From assembly GCA_946965045.2 (NCBI GenBank), contig OX337229.1, forward strand, positions 3,720,001 to 3,784,000: DNA of 64,000 nt. The letters run 5' to 3'. A program made the translations under genes and the position numbers. Below the pieces are notes generated by a model. The model searched no databases, was not told the DNA's origin, and saw only the letters and a list, made by a program, of their open reading frames with translations. This stretch comes from Epithemia pelagica. Its lineage: Eukaryota; Protista; Bacillariophyta. Every line of letters begins with the position of its first letter. The first letter of the stretch is position 1. Below, piece after piece: positions 27,001-38,273 of this stretch.

Positions 27001-30000
27001 ACATTATTTTTCCGAAAGCCATATCAAGCATTTCCTGTTTCGACTGTTTTGGAGCATGTGATGGTATAGCTTCCGAAGCTAGGATCCCTCCATCATTTGA
27101 GCTAGGTGCGTTTTCGCGTTGTTTTTCTGCATTTCTCTGAACCCTCTTCTCAAATGTGGTTGCATCACTCTGAGCAGATTCGAGTAATATGGTCATAACA
27201 AGTGACCACGCCATTCGCTTTAGCTGTACAAGAAGTCAGTGCGCCGAAAATAAAAGCGATACTCTAACTCGCAACATCAACTTACCTCTTGTTCTCCTTG
27301 ACCTTGAAGATTCATGAACCTTAATGCCGTTGGCCAAGGGACGTTTCCGTAGCCAAATGAACATAGAAACCGTTCAACCTTTTCAACTTCTTCTTTCGTC
27401 CACGCGGACTTCGAAGAACCTCCCCGTTTCACTCGTTTAAAGTTTTCTCCGTCTTCGTCGACACCATCTTCAGACTGATACCCAAAATCACTGTCCCCTT
27501 TGTCCGAGAGTCCAGGCGACTTCTCAAAATCAAGTTTTGTGTCTTCCGAATAATTTAATTGACCCTTCCGTCTTTGCTTGGGATCCAAGTACGTGTTTTC
27601 GTGTTGTTCATATGTGTCTCCAAGCATCTTCTTCCAAAAATCTGGATCATCAATGTCGACGTCATTCGAGCTGCCCGCTTTGTCGGCTGATTTGGTGATT
27701 TTGAAGCTCGCCTTCGAGAACGTTCCTCCACTACGCTTCCCACCAGCGTCATCATGGACAATTTTGGTTGCCCGGCGTTCCAGAATAGAATCGATGTCTT
27801 GTTGAACGAATTCAGTCGACTCTTTTTCCGATTTACCGTCCTTCTCTTCCGTGAGCATGTCATAAGCACCATGTTTCAACAACTTCTCAACTTCGGATTT
27901 GGACAACGCTCCTTCTCCGGAACCATTTTCAAAACCCTGCAACACTGCTTGATCCAAACCCATTTTCATAGAAGAAAGGTGAAACATTTGCATTTCGTAC
28001 GTCCGAGCGCTTAGCAACCGGTACACCTGTAAAAAGTTGTATACATAAGAAACAAGGACATCTGATCTCAAGGTTATAGAATGGAGACTTACTTGTACGG
28101 CGGATCTTTGACCAATTCGATGACAACGCGCTTGCGCCTAAAAAGAGAAACATGGTATACTTTAAGTTTTCGAACCAAAGGACTTCTTAACCCAATGCGT
28201 ATGAAGTACATCTTACCTGGAGATCGTTCTGGGGATTCCAATCTGAATCGAAAATAATCACTGTGTCTGCTGCCGTCTATTGACAAGATGAAATTAGGAG
28301 ACATACGATCAATCGTCTCCATCAGTGTAATATGAAACTTACCAGGTTAATTCCAACTCCTGTCCAAAAGAAAAGAAATGCCATTAGCACAGGTGTCTAA
28401 GCGAGATTCATAGTTTGTTTGCTCGTACCTCCTGCGCGAGTTGATAACATCATGACGAAAGGCGCGGCGTCATCCTTGGATTGGAACCGGTCAATCGCAA
28501 GCTGCCTTTGGAGCCCCGTAATTGAACCATCAATTCGACTGAAAGTGAACTTCCGTGCTTCAAGATAGCTATTAAGAACAAAAACGTGGTAAGAGTACAA
28601 TAAAACTACATCAATGCAGCGGCTGCTGGAATACGTACTCTTCCAAAATATCCAACATGATCTTGAACTGCGAAAAAATGAGCACACGGTGGCCTTCTTC
28701 TTTAAGCCGAGGCAGAAGCTTGTCGAGTAAAATTAATTTTCCCGACCCGTTCACGAGCATATCAATATCATTCATCGATGCATTCACTTTACGAATTTCT
28801 TCTTCGATCCCATTGAGAAGGAAAACATGGTTACAGCATTTTCTCAGCTGCATCGCCAAGTTACTCAATGTCGGCCCATCCAGTGCCTTCGACTTCCCCT
28901 TATTCAAAAACTTGACATTTTTCTCGTACAAAGCCCTGTAATATTGCTTCTGCGATACTGTTAGTTCAACTTCAATTATTGTCTCTTCCTTGGGAGGTAC
29001 GCTTTTCTCGACATCGTCCTGAGGGGTTACAAGGTGAGATGAAAGCAAGGAGAATTACTCTGATGGCGAAAAGACTTACCTTCAATCTTCGAAGGATGTA
29101 CGGACCAAGCAACTCATGCAGCTTATCAACCGATTCTTTACTTTTCATGTCGCCGTAGTTGTCAAGGAATTGTTCCATACTCCCAAACGAATCCTGGTCT
29201 ATGAAGTGGAGAAGGGTCCAAAGTTCCTTCATATCATTTTGAATTGGAGTGCCTGTACAGAGAATCCGAAATCCAAACTTAAACCTGTCGTCTCTCAATG
29301 TCACCGCCAACTTTGAGCTGTGGTTTTTCAGTCTATGTGCCTCGTCCACTTCATTTGCGTTGCTGTTAGAGCCCCCTTCTGATTCTTAACAATTCAGTTC
29401 AACTACCAATGGACGTACCTACAAGGACTGTCCAGTCGATCTCCGAAAGCTCGAAGGCATCTTCCGTAACAAGCATCTCTGGTGTCGCAACCACAACTTG
29501 TAACATCCAAAGAGAATCGCTCTTTTTTCTTTTGCAACGTCGAAGAAAGTTGGGACCTTCCGTTTTTGGGTGATCCGACTCGTATGCCATTTCAGTCTTA
29601 CGGATAACGGACCTGTCCTCCGAGCTTCCGTGGTACACAACGACGTTGAGATCCGTCCAAGACTCAAACTCTCGTACCCAATGTGGGATTGTAGACAATG
29701 GTGCAATGATCAGGCAGGTTGCAGTGTGTTGTAGCTGTGTCGCGATAATATTCAAAGTAGCTGCAGTCTTTCGAGGACGTGAGAAGGGGGCACAGACATA
29801 CCTGAAGTTGACATTCGCCCGAAGCCTCTTACCTGAAGTGTCTTCCCCAAGCCCATCTCGTCTGTGTGGAGGTCACGTTCAAAGGGTGAGGCGAATAATA
29901 ATTTTGACAAAACGACGTAAAAGACTGCGAGCACATACCTGCGAGAATACACGATCGGCTGTTGATGTAGTTTGCAATCATCCAAGAGACTCCTTCAGCT

Positions 30001-31352
30001 TGATAGTCACGCAACTGGCCTCCATTTTTGTAAATATGCTCCCGCAGAGATTTCTGATACTCCGTTACAGCATGAGAACGTGATTCCTCATTTACAGTCG
30101 TTTTGTCGCCAAACGTCTTGTAAAGTTTTCTCCTCGTCGCGTCCCCTTCGCGAAGGTGGGATCGAACCCACTGCTTGGTTGGTTTGCTGGAGCGACTCAG
30201 AAAGTGTTTCAGGTGACTTTTGTAATCGATGTCATTCATGATCAAGTCCCGTTCCCACTCGTAGCTTGATTCGGTGTAAGGCTGGTTGCACCATTTGACG
30301 AAGAACTGTCTGCCCAATCCTTCTTCATATTTAGGATCACTTTTGTCGGTAACGATCCCCAAATCACTATGCGTGAGTTTATCCTCTTCCTCTGGAGACG
30401 TTTCGGAGAAGTCGTCAGGCTCTGTCACAGCTAAGATTCGGTCAATTTGGGTGTAGGCGGGATCAAAATATTCCCCATCACAGCGCTGGTCGGGAGTAAA
30501 CAAGCATCCATCTATGCTCTTTCGGAAAAACGTATTGAGGTAAGTTTTTGAGTTTTCAATCTGCCCATCTAAATCTCTTTCTGTCTCCCATGAGCAGTGA
30601 AGATAACTGAGACCAGACCATTTCACCAGAAAGCGTTCTTCAAACTTGTCCTCGTCCTCGCAATCCTTTTGATGCCAAACACTACCTGAATCAACCTCTA
30701 CTGTATTCATTTTGGCACATATCGCCTTCCAATCACGGCGCCTCAATGATTTGGACCCAATGATTCTTTGCATTTTCAGAGGATCTTCCTCTTCTACGGA
30801 GGACTCGTCAGTATCACGGAGATCAGGGGAGGCAGAAGACGCAGATAGAGGGACGTGTGATTCTGAATTCGTCTCTTCTTCATCATCTCCATTGTCATTA
30901 TCCTCATTGTGTCTCGTCTTTTCCAGCTCGTCGGCTTCTGTCATCACCTCTTCGCGTGACTTTTGAGTCCTTTTCCCACCCAACGCTGTTCGAGTTTGTT
31001 TGATCTCGAGTTTCGGTGACCGCGGAAGATCAGTTAATCTAGGCTCTGCCATGCTGGCATTAAATTTGTTTGCTCGAGATGAGGTTCGTCGAATCACCGA
31101 GGGTTTTGATTCAATATTTTTCGATTTGAGCCGGCGGTTGACTTTCAATCGCTTGAAATCGGCCTCGTCTTCACCCAAGTCATCGGAACTGTATGTGTTT
31201 GATTCTTCTTCTACTTCAGCACCAGTGTCCAGTTCACCATCTTGACCAGCATACATACCACCATGTGCTTTGCAGCGTCGGCGAGGATAGCGAGATTTCG
31301 GCATATTCTCCTTGATTAAGAAAACATTCAAGGGAAAGTCAAGTGATTTCAT
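24021..31352 (-). CDS. CHD-family chromatin remodeller (double chromodomain + SNF2 ATPase/helicase), many exons
   Basis: Chromo 1: FLVKWSGLSYLHCSWE. Chromo 2: FFVKWCNQPYTESSYE. Helicase motifs: [99 protein letters not shown] (assembled across short exons). Confidence 0.92.
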
Positions 31353-31893
31353 ATGAGAGGTTTACCACGTCCAACACATCATTTCGTTCACACGCAATGA
31401 TCTCTACTGTACCAATCACTTTGCAAAACAGGACGATGAAACTCACTTTGTCATTCATGATAGTTCCATGAACTAATCGAAAATTGCCTCTGTTTCGTTT
31501 TGCGTCAAAGGTCGTCCACGTGAGGCGCCGAAGTTGTGTGAGAAATCACAATAAGACCGCAACCCATCGAATAAACTGGACGAATGAGTGCTCCTTCACG
31601 CCATTTATCCATCATGGGCTGGCGCGATCAACAAGCGCGCCATTTTTCTGCGGTACGAGTAAATAAAAAATCATGCGCCTACCGAGTATGCACGCCGAGC
31701 GGGCCCAGGACTGGAGTACTATGGGCGGAGGACAGACATAAAACCTTCACAAAAACTACCTACTCCTACAAGTAGGAGCTAGGAGTACTCCCGTGTCCCG
31801 TGTTTTCCAAGAGCTTACTCCTAGGAAGTGTGATACATTCAGATCAAAATTGTTTGCCTCTATTGTATGTTAGTCCTTGAGCGTTTTCCAAAT

Positions 31894-33981
31894 TCAGGCA
31901 ACTGCAGCGCATTCAGGGTGCATCTTTGAAAGCCCATAGAAATTGAATCCAGAAATGGCAAGCGCACTGTCGTCTTTTCCAGAACCCCGAAAAAATCGCA
32001 GAGCCTCGCTAAACGCATCTACCATTTCTTCCGCATTTCCTCTTTGCAAGTAGACATTGCCAATGTGATTCAATGTTTGGGCAATAGCTGCAAAGTCAGG
32101 TTCACTCGATGCTTTCTGGAGATCCAATGCTTCTGTAAAGTATCCAAGTGCTTCGCCTAGCTCCCCACGTTGTTGGTGTACCTGTCCAATGTGTTGCATG
32201 GTCAGGACGACATCCTTATGCCCTTTGCCGAGTGCGCACCGTTCCACACGAAGCGTTTCTCGGTAATAGTCCATGGCTTCATCATCATCTCCAATCTCGA
32301 GATGAATGGTAGCAATGTTGTAGAGAATGATTGCGACGTCTCTATGATCAGCGCCTAACAGTCTTCTTCGGATTCGAAGACTCTCGTGGAAGCTTTGCAT
32401 AGCAAGTTCATGCAGTTCCATTTTAAAAAGAACCAGACCAATCGAGTTCAACGTGGAGGCGACCTCAAGATTGCCGTCACCAAAAGCATCACGACGAATC
32501 CGGAGAGCTTCTTGATAGACATCAAGTGCCTTCGTGTAGCTACGCGTCTGGTAATGAATAAGTGCAATTGAAGACAAGGTCGAAGAAATGTTTGGGTGGC
32601 CAGGACCGAGACTGTGGCGCTGGATCGACACGGCTTCTTTGTATAAGCGCAAGGCGTTTTGGTACTCCCCTCGAAGCTTGTATATTTGCCCAATGTTTGT
32701 GAGTGTGACCACGATATTTGGGTGGAAAACATCCAATACGGCTCGCTCGACATCAAGGCCCTCTCTGTAAACACGAATGGCATTGTCGAAGTCTCCCTTT
32801 TCATACAGCAAGTTTCCCAGCTTATTGAGCGTGCTAGCAACCTCCGGATGGCTCTTACCCAACGCTGCTTTTCCCACCACAAGAGCCTCTCCGTACAGTT
32901 TGGCCGCATTTTCGTAGTCTTTACGTTCATGGTGGATCTGAGCCATGCACTTAAGCATAATTGCCACGTCACGGTGATGAGCTCCCAAGCGTTGTCGTGC
33001 AATTCGCAAGAACTCTTGATAAAATTTCATGGCAGTACTGAGTTCTCCTCGTTGATGATAAGTCTGGCCCGCATTATAGACAGTCGCAGCAACATCCAAG
33101 TGTTCGTTGCCAAGGAGTTTCCGTCTCATACGGAGGGCTTCACGGTAAAGTTCAAGCGCTTTACCATGTTCGGCTCTCATGTAATGTATTCTCCCAATGT
33201 TGTTCAAAGTAGTGGCAATCTCCTTGCTATCGCGATCGTCTCCGAGTACAGTTCTGCGGATAAGGAGAGACTCATGGTAGAGTTCCATTGCTTTCTCAGT
33301 ATCTGCTTTTGGCAGATGAAAGTAAAGGACACCTAGACAATTCAAAGTTGTTGCCACCTCAAGAAGACCATCGGTTGTTTTCGCCAATGAACTCTTTCCA
33401 AGATGTAGTGCCTTGGCGTACGTCGTAACTGCTTCTTCGTAATGTCCACTTCGATACTGGACATGTCCGATGTTGTGAAGAATAGCGATGATCGAAACTC
33501 CGCTTTGGCCGTTACGAGCTCGTTCCTCCCCACTCCACTCGGCGATCTGCAACGAGCGCATGAACGAATTCAGCGCTTCTTCGTTGTCATTGATTCTTAG
33601 AAACAGTTGACCAAGATTGTACAGGACTGTTGCTATTGTGCCGTGCATTGTTGCAAGAGATGCGTCAAGCCTTACTGGATCGGAAAAGGAGTGCATACCT
33701 TCGTCGTATTCCCCGCGTTGATAGATGTACAAACTTTTTGATACTTCAACATGTCTCGAGAACGAGGGCTGGGGCTCCGGAATGTCAAAGAAAGTATTTT
33801 GTCTTGCTCTGTTCAGTGCCTGTCGAAATAGTTGGCCGGCCTGTTCGTATTCCAATGCGTTCAAACAAGACGTAGCAGTGTTGTTCAGCCTGGTGATCGG
33901 CGCAACATCACATACTTCTTGACTAGATCCCTGACCATCATGAAAAGCCGTTGATACAAGAGGATGCACTGAAAAGCTCAT
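31894..33981 (-). CDS. Tetratricopeptide-repeat protein (kinesin light chain/NPHP3-like 42-aa TPR array)
   Basis: Repeated VA.TL.N.G..Y...G.Y..AL..Y.EAL...R..LG..H units through ORF 31894..34047. First ATG is at 33981. Confidence 0.9.
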   Translation of the reverse strand: MSFSVHPLVSTAFHDGQGSSQEVCDVAPITRLNNTATSCLNALEYEQAGQLFRQALNRARQNTFFDIPEPQPSFSRHVEVSKSLYIYQRGEYDEGMHSFSDPVRLDASLATMHGTIATVLYNLGQLFLRINDNEEALNSFMRSLQIAEWSGEERARNGQSGVSIIAILHNIGHVQYRSGHYEEAVTTYAKALHLGKSSLAKTTDGLLEVATTLNCLGVLYFHLPKADTEKAMELYHESLLIRRTVLGDDRDSKEIATTLNNIGRIHYMRAEHGKALELYREALRMRRKLLGNEHLDVAATVYNAGQTYHQRGELSTAMKFYQEFLRIARQRLGAHHRDVAIMLKCMAQIHHERKDYENAAKLYGEALVVGKAALGKSHPEVASTLNKLGNLLYEKGDFDNAIRVYREGLDVERAVLDVFHPNIVVTLTNIGQIYKLRGEYQNALRLYKEAVSIQRHSLGPGHPNISSTLSSIALIHYQTRSYTKALDVYQEALRIRRDAFGDGNLEVASTLNSIGLVLFKMELHELAMQSFHESLRIRRRLLGADHRDVAIILYNIATIHLEIGDDDEAMDYYRETLRVERCALGKGHKDVVLTMQHIGQVHQQRGELGEALGYFTEALDLQKASSEPDFAAIAQTLNHIGNVYLQRGNAEEMVDAFSEALRFFRGSGKDDSALAISGFNFYGLSKMHPECAAVA

Positions 33982-35024
33982 GTTTGCAATCGCAGGGACG
34001 TCGGTATGGTCAACACCGGCAGTTTTTGTGATGGATCGAATGTTCACATTTTATTTTCCGGCCCCTCATTTTTCCTGATCGTGAAGGTTATCGTAGAAAA
34101 CAATAAAAACAAGAATTGGTGGTGGCAGTCACAACCGGCTGATGGCAGAAATCTAATTTTTACTAAGCCCCAAAATCGCCCGTGCGTGACACAGTCTTTG
34201 TGATCGCTTGGGACATAATCTGTGTAGCAGTACGAGTACAGATACTTACCGAAGAAAATGGTCATAGGGGTCACAGAGATTTTATCAATTGCCGTTGGAG
34301 GTTGGCTACGAGTACGCATGCAGTCCGTCGTCCGTCTGCTACAGATGTCTCAGATCTACTCTCTAATTCTAATGGACTCTTAGAGAGCGACTAGAGAGCG
34401 ACGTAGGAGTAGTAGTAGCAGTCTAGCTAGAGACTCTCTAGCTGGAGAGACAACGAGTAGGAGTACTCGTAGACAGTATGTAGAGGCCAAAGCCAAAAGT
34501 GCTACGAATTACGAATACGAGTGCTGGAATTGGGACTACAATAGACTACGGTAGACACTGGTCGAAAGTGGCCATCCTCTCTAGGTAGTAGCTACACTAC
34601 CACAATTACGATAGCGACTATTCGTACTCTAGAGCTACCCGGTAGTAGAGCTCGTAGTTAGAGAAGAGGGAAGAGGGAACATAACCTTTCACGAACCTGT
34701 CTCGCCAATCGCCGATGCTTAGTACTCGTAGCATTGCTAGCTAGCTCGTGGTGCTTAGTTGGACCCAAACCAGACATACTACGATCTGCAACAGACAGAA
34801 CACGCACTTTCGTTCTTATTCAGGAGTGTATGTAAAGCGAAAAGCGACATGTCCTATGTCCTCGTTCTTCTGTCGTCTTTCGACTTTCGAACTTGCAACT
34901 GTCACTGTTCAATGTTCAAAGACTCCTTTCTCATGTTTAAGTAACATTCTGCCAGCTCCAGCATTGATTACGAGTATACTAATCTCATGGAAAATGGAAA
35001 TGGAATTGCGCCCTTATCGTGAAG

Positions 35025-35054
35025 CTGAAATCTGAAATCTGAAATCTGAAATCT
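35025..35054. repeat. (CTGAAAT)x4 tandem repeat
   Basis: Four perfect 7-bp units read directly. Confidence 0.9.
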
Positions 35055-35496
35055 TTCTACACCCGGAACAACGCAGCTGAGATTGCTAATTGCTAAGATC
35101 TTGGTATTCATCGACAAAACAGAGTACTTGACTCACTAGAAGAGAGGAGCATGAGCATGAGCAGTGAGCATGCTCTAAATCTGTTTACCTGGTCTTAGGG
35201 CTAGTGTCCCGCATCATAGCGAGGAGAAATCGGAGAACACACCTGCCCAAAGCCCCAAAACTAAAGACGAAGCTATGCGGCATCCTTCGTCTTGTAGCAA
35301 TAGCTCTACTAGACTCTACTCTATAATCTTAGAGGCAACTTTCGAACCTTAGATCTAAACCCTAAACCTGGAAGCTCCTGTTACCTGTTAACCTTACCAG
35401 CCACTCGCTGGAGTTTGTTGCGCCAGACAGACAAAACGTCTTCGGTGTCTGGTCGTAATGTGGTTGGGGAAAATAGGCTGTAGTTGTAGGCATGTC

Positions 35497-35517
35497 GTTG
35501 TAGGTTGTAGGTTGTAG
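35497..35517. repeat. (GTTGTAG)x3 tandem repeat
   Basis: Three perfect units read directly. Confidence 0.85.
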
Positions 35518-35851
35518 GGCATGTTATTGGTTCGGCATTCTGTTTCTCCTGTACTCGTACTCGCAGTATCCGACAAGGAAATATCAGGCGCATACAATAT
35601 CCCCTTTTCCCTACGAGTGACGAGTACAAGGCTCAAAGGAAAAAGGAAAGGGGGGGGATGGGGCAAGGGAAAAGGGAAACCATTGAGAATTGTCCTTTTA
35701 TGGAGAAAAGCTTAACTACTATTGCCAAATGAAGGAGGCTTAAGCCTTATACCAAAAAGCCTTCATCTCATGGTATCATTGGGGCACTTGATGGACGAGT
35801 ACAAGGATCCTTCATGGTAGTTCGTTTGGGGTTTTTGGATCGGGATTCGGG

Positions 35852-35894
35852 ATCCCATATCCCATATATCCCATATATCCCATAGATATCCATA
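35852..35894. repeat. Imperfect ATCCCAT(AT) tandem repeat
   Basis: atcccatatcccatatatcccatatatcccatagatatccata. Confidence 0.8.
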
Positions 35895-36121
35895 AACCAC
35901 ACATCATAAAATAGAAGTACAACCACACGAATCATTGTGTTACAATCTAGGATCTAGGTACGGAGTAGGAGTACTCGTAGGTAGGTAGAAACGATATACG
36001 AGAACAATAGGACTCTACCTAGGAGTACGAGTAGTCGCGAGGAAAGTTTTCCGCATTGGCGGGGATCACTTATCAATTTAGCACAGGCTATCTAGTACTG
36101 AAAAATGAGGGGTATGGCAGT

Positions 36122-36984
36122 GATTGCGGGGGTACCTTTGTTCATCCGTCATCCGAAAGGAAAAAATCGTCTCGTATTTTTTCCTAAAGCGCCAGCCGTG
36201 TCAAAGCGCAAGCATGCCTCTGATCGTTCGAAATCGACGCGCCTGTCACGCCGGTCACGCCTTGTATTCCTGGCCTGAATCGTCTCACTTTTCGAGCAAC
36301 ACCACAAAAGAAAACCATGGGCACACCAAAAACCAAAAACAAACCATCCAGCGTAACGAAAGACCACAATGACAACTTTATGGTCAAAACAATTCACCAA
36401 GATCACATGTCAAGGCGGCTTGCATCAATGGAAGGATGACAACATGACAATCAACCACTGCAATGAAGAAGCGAAGACGGTTTGGACGATGAAGTTAAAC
36501 GAATGACAGCTTCATCCTGCGATGGATAAGCGCAGGAAGCCTAAACTAGCTAGAAGAGTAGATAGATATTAGGAGCATGTGGACTATGCTTTTATCTTAG
36601 CCATAGACAAAGTCCCAGCAGCTTTCATTGGTAGGTGCATTGCAGCATGGGTGATGGGTGTGTTTTTCATGGTTGGGGTGAGCGATTGAAGCTTGAGTAC
36701 TCCATGAAGAGTACTCGCTGCTGAAGCAGTATAGACTACAGAGTATAAATCTGGCTTGTGGATTTCTTTGCTCAAAGTTCCCATTTCCCATGTACGGAGG
36801 TGCGCCAGCGCAAGCGGCTACAATACGTCTACGTCTACAATACGTCAAATCCAGTTATTACGGTTGGCTTGGACGTTATATATTTTGCAAAATCATAAGA
36901 AATTTGACGAAGATAGTTTTCAGCTTTTTTACGAAAATTTGGTCATAGCCGTATAGACAACAGACGGGAGGTACCCCCGCAATC
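36122..36984. mobile_element. Putative non-autonomous TIR element (~863 bp)
   Basis: Perfect 16-bp inverted repeat: GATTGCGGGGGTACCT (36122-36137) and AGGTACCCCCGCAATC (36969-36984). Flanks GCAGT and GCAGG differ by one base. No transposase inside. Confidence 0.5.
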
Positions 36985-38273
36985 GCAGGGTTCCACGTTC
37001 TCACGCAGCTACTATGTAGAGTTACTCTAAACTAGCTTTAAAATATACTAGAAAGTCTAGTAGAGGAAAGTCCCTGTCTACTCTAGCGGGACTTGGTCGT
37101 AGTTTCACTTGTGAAATTTTGCGGGACTAGGACTTGGGGGATGTTCGGGGAATGGCGCGCGACCAATGAACCTAGGTAGTTCACACGCAATCCGCAAGCC
37201 TTTCGACTTTCGACTGGAGTGCTCGGTGACGTCAACTTCGGAAGCATGAAATTCACGCGGCCGTTTTTGTATCTACTTCTTCCCATATTTCTTAAAAATC
37301 GAATAACCGAAAATAGAAACTTGATGCCGAGACTGGTATCAATGATCTTATATCTTGAGTACGTTTCCCACCAATCTAAGATTTTGGTCTGGGTACATCC
37401 TGCACGTTACATTGTCTCAAAAGGTCTCGTAGCCGGTCTAGATGGATTAAGGAGGAAATTTGGGCACAGTTACGTTACTGATGGATGAAACGAACTGTGC
37501 GGTGACCAAAATATGGCGACGTGAGTGAGCGAAATCAGTGGTAGCAAGGCCTCTAAGTTGGAGGCATGCAATAGTCACAATTTTATCCATTTCTACGCTG
37601 TTTGTATTTTGCACATGTTTCATGGACTTTCGGCCTTCTTCGCAATCTTCGCATACATCGGGGGACAGCCAAAAGTTGCGAGCCTGCTTCGTACTCCTAG
37701 GAGTAATTGGTAAACCTTCTCCACGACGCTATGATTGCTATATTGACGATGGAATCTAGACTAGACCTAAAATCCTCCTCTTTATTTCGTGCCAGGCCAA
37801 AATCTCAGCCAGGCCAAGCACGATTTTCGTCTGTCTGCCACACGAAACTTTGGCTCAGGCCAATGGCCGGGCGTAAGTAACATGCTTTTATTCAGGATAA
37901 AAGGTCGTTATTTCCACCAGGCCAACGGTCTGCAAGTCGTCCAATGCACCGCGACTAAACGCACGTCGTCTTCACGTACATAGGCGAAATAGCAATACTT
38001 GCGCGCTGCCGTTATCGCCAACCTACGCTTTGTCTTGTCATTGCCGACGCGCATTGGTAGTGTATTCTTGAGCATTTTTGTTTCATTGGTGTGCCAAACG
38101 ACAACAAATGAACAACAAACGATCCATTGAACGAAAACCATCCTATGTAGGTCCCTTTTATCGTAGGACATGTAGGAGCAGTACCGAAAACTAGTGCTAA
38201 ACGAAATAACAATGCCGATGTTGTTGTTATCATAAATTTGAGCAAGGACAAGTTGTTATCATCCACATCCACA

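Larger units (their letters stand above)
34300..37800. other. Long non-coding spacer rich in CTAG/GTAC/TAG words, short stutter repeats and the TAGGAGTA motif
   Basis: No credible ORF. Visibly dense in TAG/CTA words (e.g. 34381-34470, 35941-36035), unlike the flanking genes. Confidence 0.6.

Noticed and set aside
32659-33336. 225-aa ORF antisense to the TPR gene, and similar antisense ORFs over Sec7 and 52888-53229
   Set aside because: These are shadow frames of real coding sequence with no motifs of their own.
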